A program made the position numbers and the translations under genes. This document shows, piece by piece, positions 40,482 to 51,500 of a DNA stretch of 64,000 bases (the first letter of the stretch is position 1; every line of letters starts with the position of its first letter). The notes below the pieces were generated by a model. That model was given only the letters and a program-made list of their open reading frames with translations, did not search any database and had not been told where the DNA came from. Where the stretch lies: the NCBI GenBank assembly GCA_963743305.1, contig CAVUPH010000022.1, positions 53,545 through 117,544 on the forward strand. The letters are read 5' to 3'. The stretch comes from an uncultured delta proteobacterium (GTDB lineage: Bacteria; Desulfobacterota; RBG-13-43-22).

Positions 40482-41126
40482 ATGCCACAGAAGATATTCT
40501 TTTCAATGCTTTTCATAGGTTTTCTCCTGATCGCCTGGGCTTTCCCTTCAGGACCGAAAGCTCAACCTGCTCAATCTTCAACGGTTAAGGCAGAGGAACC
40601 TGAATCTTCATTTCAGAAAGCTGATGAGTTCTTTCTGAAGAAAGACTTAAAAGCGGCTGCCGCTGAAATTCGCAAAGGCGCCGGATTTCTAAAAAAGGAA
40701 GTAAAAAAGGCCTCAAAGGATGGGAAAAGGGGCCTCCAGGCGTCCGTTCAAGAATTAGAGCAATTAGCCAAGGAGGTTGAAAAAGGGACAGTGACTTCCG
40801 AGGACAAACTCAAAGAAACCTTTGCGAGATCCTATGAGGCCTTAGCGCATCATCAATATCTCAAGGCTTCTGAATCCTGGGCGAAGAAAAAGACCAAAGA
40901 GACCGGCCAGGCCCTGACCGCCGCAGCGCAGTATCTGGAGGAAACGGCCAGATGGTCGGGTCGCAAACTGGAAACGGGTACGGCTGACGCCGTAAGCTAC
41001 GCCCGTACGGTCGGCGGAAAACTCATCAAAGGTGCAGGTTATGGCGTGGAAGAGGTTGGAAAAGGGATCAAAGAAATGGGCCGTGAGCTTTCCAACCTCG
41101 TCAAAAAGACGGAGCCTCAAAAATAA
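40482..41126 (+). CDS. Secreted helical protein (YfdX-like)
   Basis: Signal peptide and an all-helical Lys/Ala/Glu-rich body. The family name is tentative. Confidence 0.65.
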   Translation: MPQKIFFSMLFIGFLLIAWAFPSGPKAQPAQSSTVKAEEPESSFQKADEFFLKKDLKAAAAEIRKGAGFLKKEVKKASKDGKRGLQASVQELEQLAKEVEKGTVTSEDKLKETFARSYEALAHHQYLKASESWAKKKTKETGQALTAAAQYLEETARWSGRKLETGTADAVSYARTVGGKLIKGAGYGVEEVGKGIKEMGRELSNLVKKTEPQK

Positions 41127-41146
41127 TTAGTGGGCACGATCATTCT

Positions 41147-41302
41147 TGATGGTTAAGCAAAAAGTCGCCAGCGCTGTCATTGCGAGGAGTGAAGCGACGA
41201 AGCAATCCCCAAGAATTATCCGGTTACCATGGGGGGATTGCTTCCCCCGGATCAGGTCCGGGGTCGCAATGACAGGTTCTTGGACTTTTTGCGAGGTTGT
41301 CA
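41147..41302. mobile_element. MITE family 2, copy A (20-bp TIRs, internal REP-like hairpin)
   Basis: TGATGGTTAAGCAAAAAGTC...GACTTTTTGCGAGGTTGTCA, with internal GTCATTGCGAGGAGTGAAGCGACGAAGCAATC...GATTGCTTC...CGCAATGAC. Second copy at 58669. Confidence 0.85.
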
Positions 41303-41430
41303 CTCTTTAGGCGTATAAAAAGCGGCTTGTTACTAGACAACCTATTTAGTTCCCGGAAAGATGGAACTTCAAAAAGTCGCGGAGGCAGCAGAAGGGCAGT
41401 TCGATGATCCAAAAATAGGAGATCCCTGAA

Positions 41431-41754
41431 ATGAAAAGATATCTGGCATTGTCTCTTCCGATGATAACCGGTTGGCTCGTCTCCTGCAGCGGTCAAGGAT
41501 ACTATGGCCCGCAAGGTCCCGGTGGATGGGGGCCCATGATGCATTACGGATTTGGATATGGAGGGATGTTCATGTGGATCCTATTCCTGATCGTCATTGG
41601 ATTTCTGATCTATTTTATGGCGCAGACCCAAAAAACGAAGGGCCAGACGCCGAACCAGCCTGAAAGTCCCCTGGATATCCTGAAGAGGCGTTACGCCAAA
41701 GGGGAAATCGGAAAGGAAGAATATGAGAGCCTGAAAAAAGACCTTTCAGAATAG
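41431..41754 (+). CDS. SHOCT-domain membrane (lipo)protein
   Basis: LVSC, Gly-rich region, TM and ESPLDILKRRYAKGEIGKEEYE. Confidence 0.88.
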   Translation: MKRYLALSLPMITGWLVSCSGQGYYGPQGPGGWGPMMHYGFGYGGMFMWILFLIVIGFLIYFMAQTQKTKGQTPNQPESPLDILKRRYAKGEIGKEEYESLKKDLSE

Positions 41755-41811
41755 ATCCTGACGGTGGGTCGAGTCAAAATAGGCACTTTGGTTGCCGGAA
41801 AGGAGGTCTCG

Positions 41812-41952
41812 ATGCTTTGGACCATAGTGGTAATCCTCTTAATTTTGTGGTTGCTGGGATTTATCGGTCATGTAGGCGGTGGACTCGTTCATCTCCTGTT
41901 GGTCATCGCCGTCGTCGTGGTACTGATCCAAGTGATCCAGGGACGCAGGTGA
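41812..41952 (+). CDS. lmo0937-family small membrane protein
   Basis: MLWTIVVILLILWLLGFIGHVGGGLVHLLLVIAVVVVLIQVIQGRR; SD AAGGAGG. Confidence 0.9.
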   Translation: MLWTIVVILLILWLLGFIGHVGGGLVHLLLVIAVVVVLIQVIQGRR

Positions 41953-42106
41953 TGGTATCCGTTGGGGGACTTGCCGGAAAAGGATGAGTATTTGGAAAAA
42001 AAGTATTCGGGAGGTCCGGAAAGATTTAGCCGAACCGTACGAGACTTTCAGTTAGAAAGACTTTCGTAACCCATTAACCGCTAAACGACAGATAGGAGTA
42101 ATCGCC

Positions 42107-42421
42107 ATGAAAAAGAGAAATTTTGTTATCCGTTATTTTGTTCTTTTATTACTGGTCGCCTTCTTGGCAGCCTGTGCCTCGACACGCACCCAGGAAAGTA
42201 CCGGTGAATATGTTGACGATTCGGTCATTACCACCAAGGTAAAATCCCTGCTGGCCGCGGATGATTTTTTGAAGTCATTCAAAATTGGGGTGGAAACGTA
42301 CAAGGGCGTCGTTCAACTGAGCGGATTTGTCAATACCCAAAAGGCTGTTGATAAAGCCATTCAAATTACCAGGAGCGTCAAAGGGGTCACTTCCATAAAG
42401 AATGACCTGGTCGTGAAATAG
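42107..42421 (+). CDS. BON-domain (OsmY-like) lipoprotein
   Basis: Lipobox LAAC, then GEYVDDSVITTKVK...VETYKGVVQLSGFV. Confidence 0.93.
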   Translation: MKKRNFVIRYFVLLLLVAFLAACASTRTQESTGEYVDDSVITTKVKSLLAADDFLKSFKIGVETYKGVVQLSGFVNTQKAVDKAIQITRSVKGVTSIKNDLVVK

Positions 42422-42460
42422 AGGGTCGCTGTCCCTATTTTTGAGATCTATAATTCAATG

Positions 42461-42860
42461 GAGACCCGGCGGCCACGGAGGCCCGATTTTAGGTTAATCT
42501 AATATGGTTGGTCGCCCTTTTGGGTGGGTGGCCACAAATATCTGGTAAATTAGACTGAAATCAGGCCCTCGTGGCCGACTGGTCTCGGCGAAAGGTTTTT
42601 CCAAAGGTACTCCGGACTTCGAATCCGGGCCAAATTTGCTAATTTTATTTGAAGCAGGCCCAAACTCAGAGACTTTTGATGCTTCCCAGGCTGGCCCTGC
42701 CTCCGGGAAGATTTAGAAACACGGGGGCCGGGTTAGAACCTAATAATGCAAGGTGGAAAACCCTTTCTCCGAGACCAGTCGGCCATGCCAGATGTGGGGA
42801 GTACCCACCCCAAAGGGCGAAGCGTCTCTAATAATTGTAGCCATCCACCCCAAAGGGGAA
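42461..42860. repeat. Nested inverted-repeat element
   Basis: 42462-42498 pairs with 42549-42586, and 42571-42603 pairs with 42753-42786. The motif ACCCACCC(C/A)AAAGGG(C/G)GA occurs at 42512 (reverse), 42803, 42843 and 61177. Confidence 0.75.
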
Positions 42861-42990
42861 AAATCTGGTTTATAAGGCCAGGTTTCGTTAAAGCCGATGG
42901 TATACGGAGTATATTCTGAATAGAACTCCGTATACCATCTTCCGCGTTTTCTGGTTATTAGCAGTAATCATTGGAAGGAAGGGAGAAATC

Positions 42991-44739
42991 GTGCCAGGGT
43001 CAGAAAAAATATTCAAGGCAACTTTTGCGGTGCTCCAGGCGGGCCTGGTAATCGCTTTTAGTAGTTGGGCCTTTGCCCAGGGGGGCGGCATCTCAGGTTC
43101 CGTAAAGGATCTGATCAACAACCAGGGCCTTCCAGGGGTCATCATCACGGTCAAAGATGCCGGTACCGGTGCCTGGGCCGGGACAGGGACTACGGATGCG
43201 GCGGGTAACTACTCGGTGGGTATTCCCGCCCCGGGGAATTACACGCTCGAGGCGGCGAAACCTGGATATAACGATGGGGCGGCCGCGGAGGTGGTGGAGC
43301 TTTCCGATAGGGTCCCGAATCGGACCGTACCCATCACTATGGGCGGGAAAGCCTGGGTGAAGAACAAGCCCCGGGCGCCGGCCGCGGCCCTGTCCTGGGA
43401 GACGGGGGCCGGTAAGAGCTACCTCATCCCCGCCCTCGAAATACCGGGTTTCATTTTGCTCCTGAACGGGTATGACCGGCTGGCCTACCCCAACGAACTA
43501 TCGGGAGGGAAAAAAACCTATGACACGAACCTGTCAACCTTCTGGGACCACGTCGTCCACGGGCCCTGGGGGGTCGATCAGGACGCCTTCGCCATGAACC
43601 AGTTCAACCATCCGTATCAGGGATCCATGTATTATGGGTTCGCGCGCTCGGCCGGCCTCAATTACTGGGAGTCGCTCCTCTATACCAACGCCGGCAGCTT
43701 TCTCTGGGAAACGTACGGGGAGAACACCCCGCCCTCCGGCAATGACCAGATCGCCAGCGGCATTGCCGGGTCCTTCTTCGGGGAGGCGTTGTTCCGGATG
43801 GCCAGTCTGATGCTCGAGAGCGATGGCGGCCAACCCGGCTTCTGGCGGGAGTTGGGCGCGGCCATGATTTCGCCGCCCACGGGCTTCAATCGTCTGGCCT
43901 TCGGCAATCGCTTCAAACCGGTTTTTCCGAGTCATGATCCGGCCGTCTTCTGGCGCCTGCGGCTAGGCGCCAGTCTGAATTCGTCCCTGAACGACCAGGG
44001 CAATTCGAGCACCATCAACCGGAACGAGGTGACCGCAGACTACTCCATGGCTTACGGGCTCCCCGGGAAGCCCGGCTATAGCTATACGCGTCCTTTCGAC
44101 TATTTCCATTTTGAAGTGACCAGCGTCAGCACCGCGGATAACCCTATCGAAAACCTCATGATCCGCGGCCTTCTGCTCGGAAAGGACTACGAGGTCGGCA
44201 ACGCCTATCGCGGAATATGGGGCCTCTACGGCGGCTATGACTACATCTCGCCGCACATCTTCCGCGTTTCCAGCACGTCCCTCTCTCTCGGCACTACCTT
44301 TCAATGGTGGCTTTCACGAGCGGTAGCGCTCCAGGGCACGGCCCTCGGCGGCGTCGGCTATGCCGCGGCCGGCAATATCAGCCAAATAGGTGAGCGCGAC
44401 TACCACTACGGCGTCGCCCCGCAGGGGCTCCTCGGGCTCCGCTTCCTCTTGGGCGACAGGGCCATGTTTGACTTGACCCACCGCGCGTATTATGTAACCG
44501 GTCTGGGCGGCACCGAACCGGGGGGAAGGGAGATCGTCAACCGCCTGAACATGGGATTCACGGTTCGCATTTTCGGCCGTCACGCTCTGGGGCTCCAATA
44601 CATCATGTCCATCCGGGATGCGCATTATCCCGACCGGGCCGACAGCAACCAGACGGTGGGAACCGTGAGCCTGGTTTACACCTATCTGGGCAGCAGCCGA
44701 TTCGGCGCTGTCGAGTGGCGCGGCCCCGACAGCCGCTGA
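42991..44739 (+). CDS. DUF3943-domain outer-membrane protein with an N-terminal carboxypeptidase-regulatory-like Ig domain
   Basis: Signal peptide, ISGSVKD...GLPGVIITV...TTDAAGNYSV, DQDAFAMNQFNHPYQGSMYYGFARS, and a C-terminal beta-strand pattern. Confidence 0.8.
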   Translation: MPGSEKIFKATFAVLQAGLVIAFSSWAFAQGGGISGSVKDLINNQGLPGVIITVKDAGTGAWAGTGTTDAAGNYSVGIPAPGNYTLEAAKPGYNDGAAAEVVELSDRVPNRTVPITMGGKAWVKNKPRAPAAALSWETGAGKSYLIPALEIPGFILLLNGYDRLAYPNELSGGKKTYDTNLSTFWDHVVHGPWGVDQDAFAMNQFNHPYQGSMYYGFARSAGLNYWESLLYTNAGSFLWETYGENTPPSGNDQIASGIAGSFFGEALFRMASLMLESDGGQPGFWRELGAAMISPPTGFNRLAFGNRFKPVFPSHDPAVFWRLRLGASLNSSLNDQGNSSTINRNEVTADYSMAYGLPGKPGYSYTRPFDYFHFEVTSVSTADNPIENLMIRGLLLGKDYEVGNAYRGIWGLYGGYDYISPHIFRVSSTSLSLGTTFQWWLSRAVALQGTALGGVGYAAAGNISQIGERDYHYGVAPQGLLGLRFLLGDRAMFDLTHRAYYVTGLGGTEPGGREIVNRLNMGFTVRIFGRHALGLQYIMSIRDAHYPDRADSNQTVGTVSLVYTYLGSSRFGAVEWRGPDSR

Positions 44740-44802
44740 ATCGGGAAAGGAAAAGTTCGAGGTATTAATTGATTATCATAATAAAACCCCCATGTCCGAG
44801 GC

Positions 44803-45363
44803 ATGCACCCACGAAACATGAAACGTTGCTATTTCCGGGCTAACGTCTTGCTATTGGGAATGCTGTTCTGCCTCTCTATCGGTGTGGATGTTCAAGCGGG
44901 CAATAGCGTTGAATCCGCAGGTGACGCTTTGAGGTTTATTTTACCCGCCGCCGCAGCGGGTCTGACCCTCATCTTTCAGGACGACCAGGGTGCCTGGCAG
45001 CTTGCAGAGTCAGCGGCCCTCGCGCTGGGTGTGACTTTCGGACTTCAATACACCATCGATGAGAAACGCCCCAATGGGGAGCCCCATTCCTTCCCATCGG
45101 GTCATGCTTCGATTTCCTTCGCCTCCGCTGAGTTTGTGCGCAATCGCTACGGCTGGAGGTATGGCCTACCCGCTTACGTTTTAGCATCTTTTGTGGCGTA
45201 CAGCCGGGTTGAGGCAAATCAGCACTATACCCACGACGTAATGGCGGGAGCAGCTATCGGCATAGTAAGCAGCTATCTTTTTACCCGGCCATACGAAGGT
45301 TGGCACATTCAGGCAGAGGGCGATCTCAACTATTTCGGTATGCGATTAAACCACACCTGGTAA
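44803..45363 (+). CDS. PAP2-family phosphatase
   Basis: KRP, SFPSGH and SRVEANQHYTHDV motifs. Confidence 0.9.
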   Translation: MHPRNMKRCYFRANVLLLGMLFCLSIGVDVQAGNSVESAGDALRFILPAAAAGLTLIFQDDQGAWQLAESAALALGVTFGLQYTIDEKRPNGEPHSFPSGHASISFASAEFVRNRYGWRYGLPAYVLASFVAYSRVEANQHYTHDVMAGAAIGIVSSYLFTRPYEGWHIQAEGDLNYFGMRLNHTW

Positions 45364-45558
45364 AATTAAGGTTTATAAAACAATTAAGTGAAGAGCCAAG
45401 GAAAGACCATAGAACCGCGGCCTGACAAAATATCCCGCCGGACAACCGTTTGGCTCTCTCGATGATTCGGGCCGGTAACCGTTAAGGAAACGCTTTTTTA
45501 TGCCCCGCAACAGGCTTAAAACCATCCCCATCCCTCTTGTCATCCTCTGGTTGTTGGG

Positions 45559-48500
45559 GTGGCTGGTGTGACCCCTCGCCGGGATCCGGATCCCTTTACC
45601 GCTTCCCTTGATCGTGATGGGGAAGCCGGTCTGCTCTTAGGTTATTTTGCCGAACGCCAGGAAGCCCGCAGGGCTATCCGTAAGCTGCGGAGCAAGGGCT
45701 TTCGCCGCGCCGCCCTGGTGCACAAGACCCCAGCCGGAGAGATCATCACGCAAGACCCCTTCCGTTGGCGCCGCTTTTACGGGACGATCCTGACGGCCAT
45801 TCTTTTCGGGGGCTTCAGCGGGGGGCTATTCCTGTTCCTGGACTGGGCGGGGCTGGTTCTGAGCCGAAGCCTTTCCCTCCCGATTTCGATCCTGATCGGT
45901 GGATTGATTGGAACCCTCTCAGGAGGGTTGTGGTTAAGACGGTCGAAATTCGGCGTCGACCGGAAGCTGTTGGATAATCAGCGGCGCTGGTTGATGTCCG
46001 GGGAGACCGTTCTGATCCTCCAGTCGACCCTGGAAACCATGCAGTTTCCCGTGGCGGTCCTTCGGGAAGGCGGCGAGATCCCCCCCGCGGTTTTTGTCCT
46101 GCATCCGCGGCGGGAGAACCCGATTAGCGAGGTGCGAAGCTCCGTAGTTACCCTCTCCCCGGCCCAGATCCGGGAACAGGGACAACACCTGGCCCGGGAC
46201 CAGTACGTGGGCACCCGGTCGCGGCGGAAGGCCGAGCTGCTCCGGCAGCTCGAAAAAGCCCGTCGCCGGATCCACCAGGCAGGCTCGGATCTCTCCGGGG
46301 CGGGTCGTCTGGAACAGGGCTTGCCTCCCACCGCGGAGTGGATACTCGACAACGAGTACGTTATCGAAAGCCAGGCGCGGGACGTTCAGAGAAATCTTCC
46401 TCGACGCTACTACCAGAAACTGCCGGTATTGGCCAACGAGCCCTACCGGGGCCTGCCCCGCATTTACGGCCTGGCCAAGGCCCTCGTCTCCCATACGGAA
46501 TTGCGCCTGGACCGGGAGAACATCCTGGCCTTTGGCGAGGCCTATCAGTCCGTGCAAACGCTGACGATCGGCGAACTCTGGGCGATCCCTCAGATGCTGC
46601 GCATCGCCCTGATCGAGGCCATTCAAAACCTGGCCGCCGGGGCGTTGACCGAAATGCGGGAACGGGAAGTGGCCGGCTTTTGGGCCAACCGGCTCCTGAC
46701 GGCCAACCGGCGCGATCCCACCCAACTTTTTTCGATCCTGGCGGAACTGGCCGAAAGCCACCCCGATCCGAGCCCCTATTTCGCGGCCCAACTGGTCGAT
46801 CACCTCTACGACGAAGAAGCGGCCCTGGCGCCCGTCCAGAGTTGGCTGGAACGCCTCTACCGCAAACCCTTGTGCGAACTCAACCTGCGCGAGCAAAACC
46901 GGCAAACGAAGGACCAGATCGCCATCGGCAATGCCTTTACCAGCCTGCGTCAACTCACCCTGCTGGATTGGCGGAAGATCTTCGAGCATCTCAGCCGGGT
47001 GGAGCGGATCCTGCGTCTGGATCCTGCCGGCGTCTATTACCAGATGGATTTTGAAACCCGGGATCGCTATCGCGGGAAGATTGAAGAGCTGTCCCGCGGG
47101 TCCGGTCTGGCGGAAGACCGGGTCGCCCAAAAGGCCGTCGACCTGGCCCGGGACGAGGTCCCGGGAGGGGCGGCCGATGATCTGGGGACCCATGTCGGGA
47201 CCTACCTGATTGGTGAAGGAAGGCAGAAGCTGGCGCGGGTAATCGGGGGCCGGGAGGGGCTGCGGTTACGTCTCCGGCGCTGGGTAGAAGCCCGGCATTC
47301 AGCCGTCTACTTACTGGGGCTTTGTTTCCTGACCGCTTTCCTGGTCGGCTTAATCTCCTGGCTGGGTCTGAAGGGACAGACCCCCCGTATCCGAGTGGTA
47401 ATCGCCCTCCTCCTCTTGATTCCCGCCAGCCAACTGGCGCTCGAAGTGTTGAATTATCTGGTCACCCGGCTGCTTCCGCCCCGAACCCTGCCCAAGATGG
47501 ACTTCGAAGCGGCGGGCATTCCCGATACCTTTCAGACTTTGGTCGTTGTGCCCATGATGCTGACGGATGCGGAAACCATCCGGGCCGAGGTAGAGAAGCT
47601 GGAAATACGATATCTGGCCAACCCTGAAGATCATCTGCTCTTCAGCCTCTTTACGGATTACGGCGATGCGGATCAAGCCCAGGGTGAGGACGACAGCCGA
47701 TTCCTGCGGATGGTGACTGAAGGTCTGGCGGCACTCAATCAACGGTATGGAGAGGGCCGTTTCTACCTTTTTCATCGGGACCGCACCTGGAGTGAATCCG
47801 AGCAAAAATTCATCGGTTGGGAGCGTAAACGCGGCAAGCTGGAAGAACTCAATCGTCTGCTGGACGGAACCCGGCCGGAAGGCGCCGATCGTCTGGTACA
47901 GGTAGGCGATCCGGGCCAACTGGCCAAGGTCCGCTTCGTCATCACCCTGGACAGCGACACGCAACTGCCTCCCGGCACGGCCCGCCGGATGATCGAAACC
48001 CTGGCGCATCCTCTCAATCGGCCGCGTTTTGCTGCGGAAGGAAGAATCATCGCCGGCTATACCATTATCCAGCCGCGGGTGAGCCCGACACTTCTCAGCA
48101 CGAGCAGCTCACCCTTCAGCCGGCTTTTCGCGGATGCGGTGGGAATCGATCCCTATACCAAGGCCGTTTCCGACGTCCATCAGGATCTCACTGGTGAAGG
48201 TTCCTACCACGGCAAGGGGATCTATGATATCCGCGCCTTCAGCCGGGTGCTGACGGGCCGGTTTCCCGAAGGACGGGTGCTGAGCCACGACCTGATCGAA
48301 GGGGCCCATGTCCGGGTGGGGCTGGCCAGCGATATCGAACTTTATGATGAATTTCCCCGGGGATATGAAAGCTATATCGGCCGGCAGCATCGCTGGATTC
48401 GAGGGGACTGGCAGATCGTGGATTGGATTTTCCCCCGCGTTCCTCGGCCGGGAGGGGGGCGGGTGCCGAACCCGCTCTCCGGATTCAACCGCTGGAAGAT

Positions 48501-51500
48501 TTTCGACAACTTGCGACGGAGCTTGCTGCCCGTGACTATTGTAGGTTTGCTGGTCACCTCCTGGCTGATTTCTCCTCAGCTCGGATGGATCGCCGCGCTG
48601 CTGGTCGCCACGCAACTGCTCAGCCAGCCTTTGGCGTCGCCCTTGACCATGGCGACCACCCGCCGGGGCTGGAAGGGATTCTCCTTCTCGAAAGTGGGCC
48701 ACGATCTGCGGCGGGCCGTGGTGGATGGTGCCCTGCTTCCCCACCAGGCCGGGTTGGCCCTGGACGCCATTCTCCGGGTCGGGTATCGCCGCCTTTTCTC
48801 TCACCGGGGGTTGCTCCAGTGGACTTCGGCCCAGACCCTGTCAGGGCGGGACAGCGATCGACTGCCCCGCTTCGTGCTCGCCATGGGCCTGGCGAGTGTC
48901 TTCAGCGGGCTGGTGGTTTGGGCGCTGTGGTCTCGGATGCCTTCGAGCCTGGCCCCGGCGGGCCCCTGGCTCTTCTTATGGTTTTTATCCCCCCTGATCG
49001 GCTGGCTCTTGAACCTTCGGCCGCCGGTACTGCAACCGCAAGGTCTGCTGTCTGAAAAGGATCGCCGCTTCCTGAGGCAGGTGGCCCGACGAACCTGGCG
49101 TTATTTTTCGGACTTGGTCAACGAAGAGACGTCCTGGCTTCCACCCGACAACTACCAGGTCTCCCCCCGGAACCACCTGGCCATGAGGACCAGTCCAACC
49201 AACATTGGTCTCTGGATGGTCAGCACGCTGGCTGCCGCCGATTTTGGATACCTGACGGTGGATGAGGTCATCGACAAGCTGACCCGGACCATGAAAACGA
49301 TCGATAGGCTGGAGCGTTATGAGGGGCATCTATTAAATTGGTATGATATTCAGACCTTGTCCCCTCTCGAACCTCGATACGTCTCCGCCGTGGACAGCGG
49401 AAATCTTTTGGGCGCCCTCTGGTCTCTGGAGCAGGGACTTTTAGAACTCCTTCGGGGACCTGTCCTGGACGGGAAAGCCTTCGAGGGCCTGCGGGACACC
49501 GACGAAATTTTGAACCGGATGGGCGCCGTGGAAGGCCTGTCGGTCCCCAGGGCTCAGACTTTCGAAGAACTAGGGCGCGCCGGGGAAGACCCGCCGGCTC
49601 AGCTCGCCGACGCGCTCCGTCTGTTGAGGCGGTTGGGGGGCAGCCCTGAAAGCACGTCCGGGGAAGCGCCGGAGTCCGCCGCCAGGGGGGGGGAAGCGGT
49701 TTATTGGGCCGGGCAGATGGACCAGCAGGTCGGGGCTTGGCGCAAAATCGCGGATCGTTATCTTGGCTGGATCGAAATCCTTGCTGAAAAAGGGGAAGAG
49801 GAACTCGTCCCACTGGGGCCGGAAGCCCTGCCGGCCATTCGTCGGGCCTTATCTCAGGCGCCTTCACTCCTTGACTTGGCCCAGGGGCGCGTCGACTGTA
49901 TCTCGATCCTGCAATCGATCCGGGCCCGGGCAGCGCCGGCTGTCGGCCCCCTCGTGGAATGGCTTGACCCGTCTGCTGGAAGCTTTCGCCAACTCGAGAT
50001 GGCTGGCCGGTGAAGTCCTGGGTTTGATCGAAGGGCTCATCCAGGACGGACGCCGGTTGTCCGAATCGATCACCATGCGTTTTTTGTATGACCCCGAACG
50101 GCGGTTGTTCTCCATCGGCTTCAACGTTTCCGAAGGCCGCTTGGATGGCTCCTACTATGACCTCCTGGCGAGCGAGGCGCGGCTGGGGAGTTTTGTCGCC
50201 ATCGCCCGGGGGGATGTGCCCGTAGAGCACTGGTTTTCCCTGAGTCGTCCCTACGGCCTGATCGGTCGGCGGCGGGTGCTGCTGAGTTGGACCGGGACGA
50301 TGTTCGAATATCTGATGCCCCTGATTTTTCAACAATCCCTGGGAAACACTCTTCTGGATGAAGCGGCCCGGGAAGCGGTGGCGGTCCAGGTGGCCTATGG
50401 CCGGCGGCGACAAGTGCCCTGGGGGATCTCGGAGTCGGCCTACAGCGATCTGGATCTCAACCAGACCTACCAATACAAGGCTTTCGGCGTTCCGGCGCTG
50501 GGATTGAAACGCGGCTTGGAGGAACAAGTCGTCGTAGCACCCTATGCCTCCCTGCTGGCGGTGTCCATGGCGCCGCGAGAGACGGTGCGGAATCTGAAAC
50601 GACTGGCCGGCTTGGGACTCCTTCAGGATTATGGCTACTACGAAGCGATTGACTTCAGTCGATTATCGGGTCGCGAACGCGAGCGGGGAGTCGTCGTCCA
50701 GGCCTACATGGCCCATCATCAAGGCATGAGTTTCCTGTCGCTGACCAATTTCCTTCAGGGCAATGCGATCCGGCGTCGTTTTCACGGCGACCCCCGGGTG
50801 CGGGCCGTTGAGGCCTTGCTCCAGGAACGGGTCCCCTCTTCGCCTCCGCTGCACCAGATCTCCACCCGTGAAGGAGCGCCTGCGGCCAAAAGCGTCGGCG
50901 AAGTCGCGCCCTCGGCGAGCAAGTTCGATACCCCCCATACCCGGACGCCCAAAACCCAACTCCTCTGTAACGGTCGGTATGGTTTGATGATCACGAACGC
51001 CGGCGGCGGTTACAGCCGCTGGGACAACCGGGAGATAACCCGCTGGCGGTCGGATCGGACCCAGGACCCCTGGGGGACTTTTTGCTACCTCCAAGAGGCC
51101 GACGCGGATCGGGTCTGGTCCAACACCTATGGGCCGGTGGGCGGGAAGGTGGAGGCCTATTCGGTCAACTTCGCCCTGGATCGGGCGGTTTTTCTGCGTA
51201 CGGATCACGGAATTCAAACCAAAACCGAAGTGGTCGTCTCACCGGAAGACGATGTGGAGATCCGGCGGGTCACCCTGACCAACCGTTCCCTGCGCACCCG
51301 CCGACTTAATCTCACCAGCTATGTGGAACTCTCGCTGGCGCCGCACAACGCCGACCGGCAGCATCCGGCCTTCAATAAACTGTTCATCCACACCGAGGCG
51401 GTCGCTCAGCAGCAAGCCCTCCTGGCGCACCGTCGCCCTCGCGGGACCGACGATCCCCCCATCTTTGTGGCGCACCGCCTGACGCTTAATCGAGCCGAGG

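Noticed and set aside
42620-42640. sigma54-like GGGCCAAATTTGC inside the inverted-repeat spacer
   Set aside because: The GG-to-GC spacing is 9, not the required 10.
49960-50013. Programmed frameshift splitting cgs into two genes
   Set aside because: No slippery heptamer is seen, and other single-base indels are common in this window. Sequencing error or mutation is more parsimonious.
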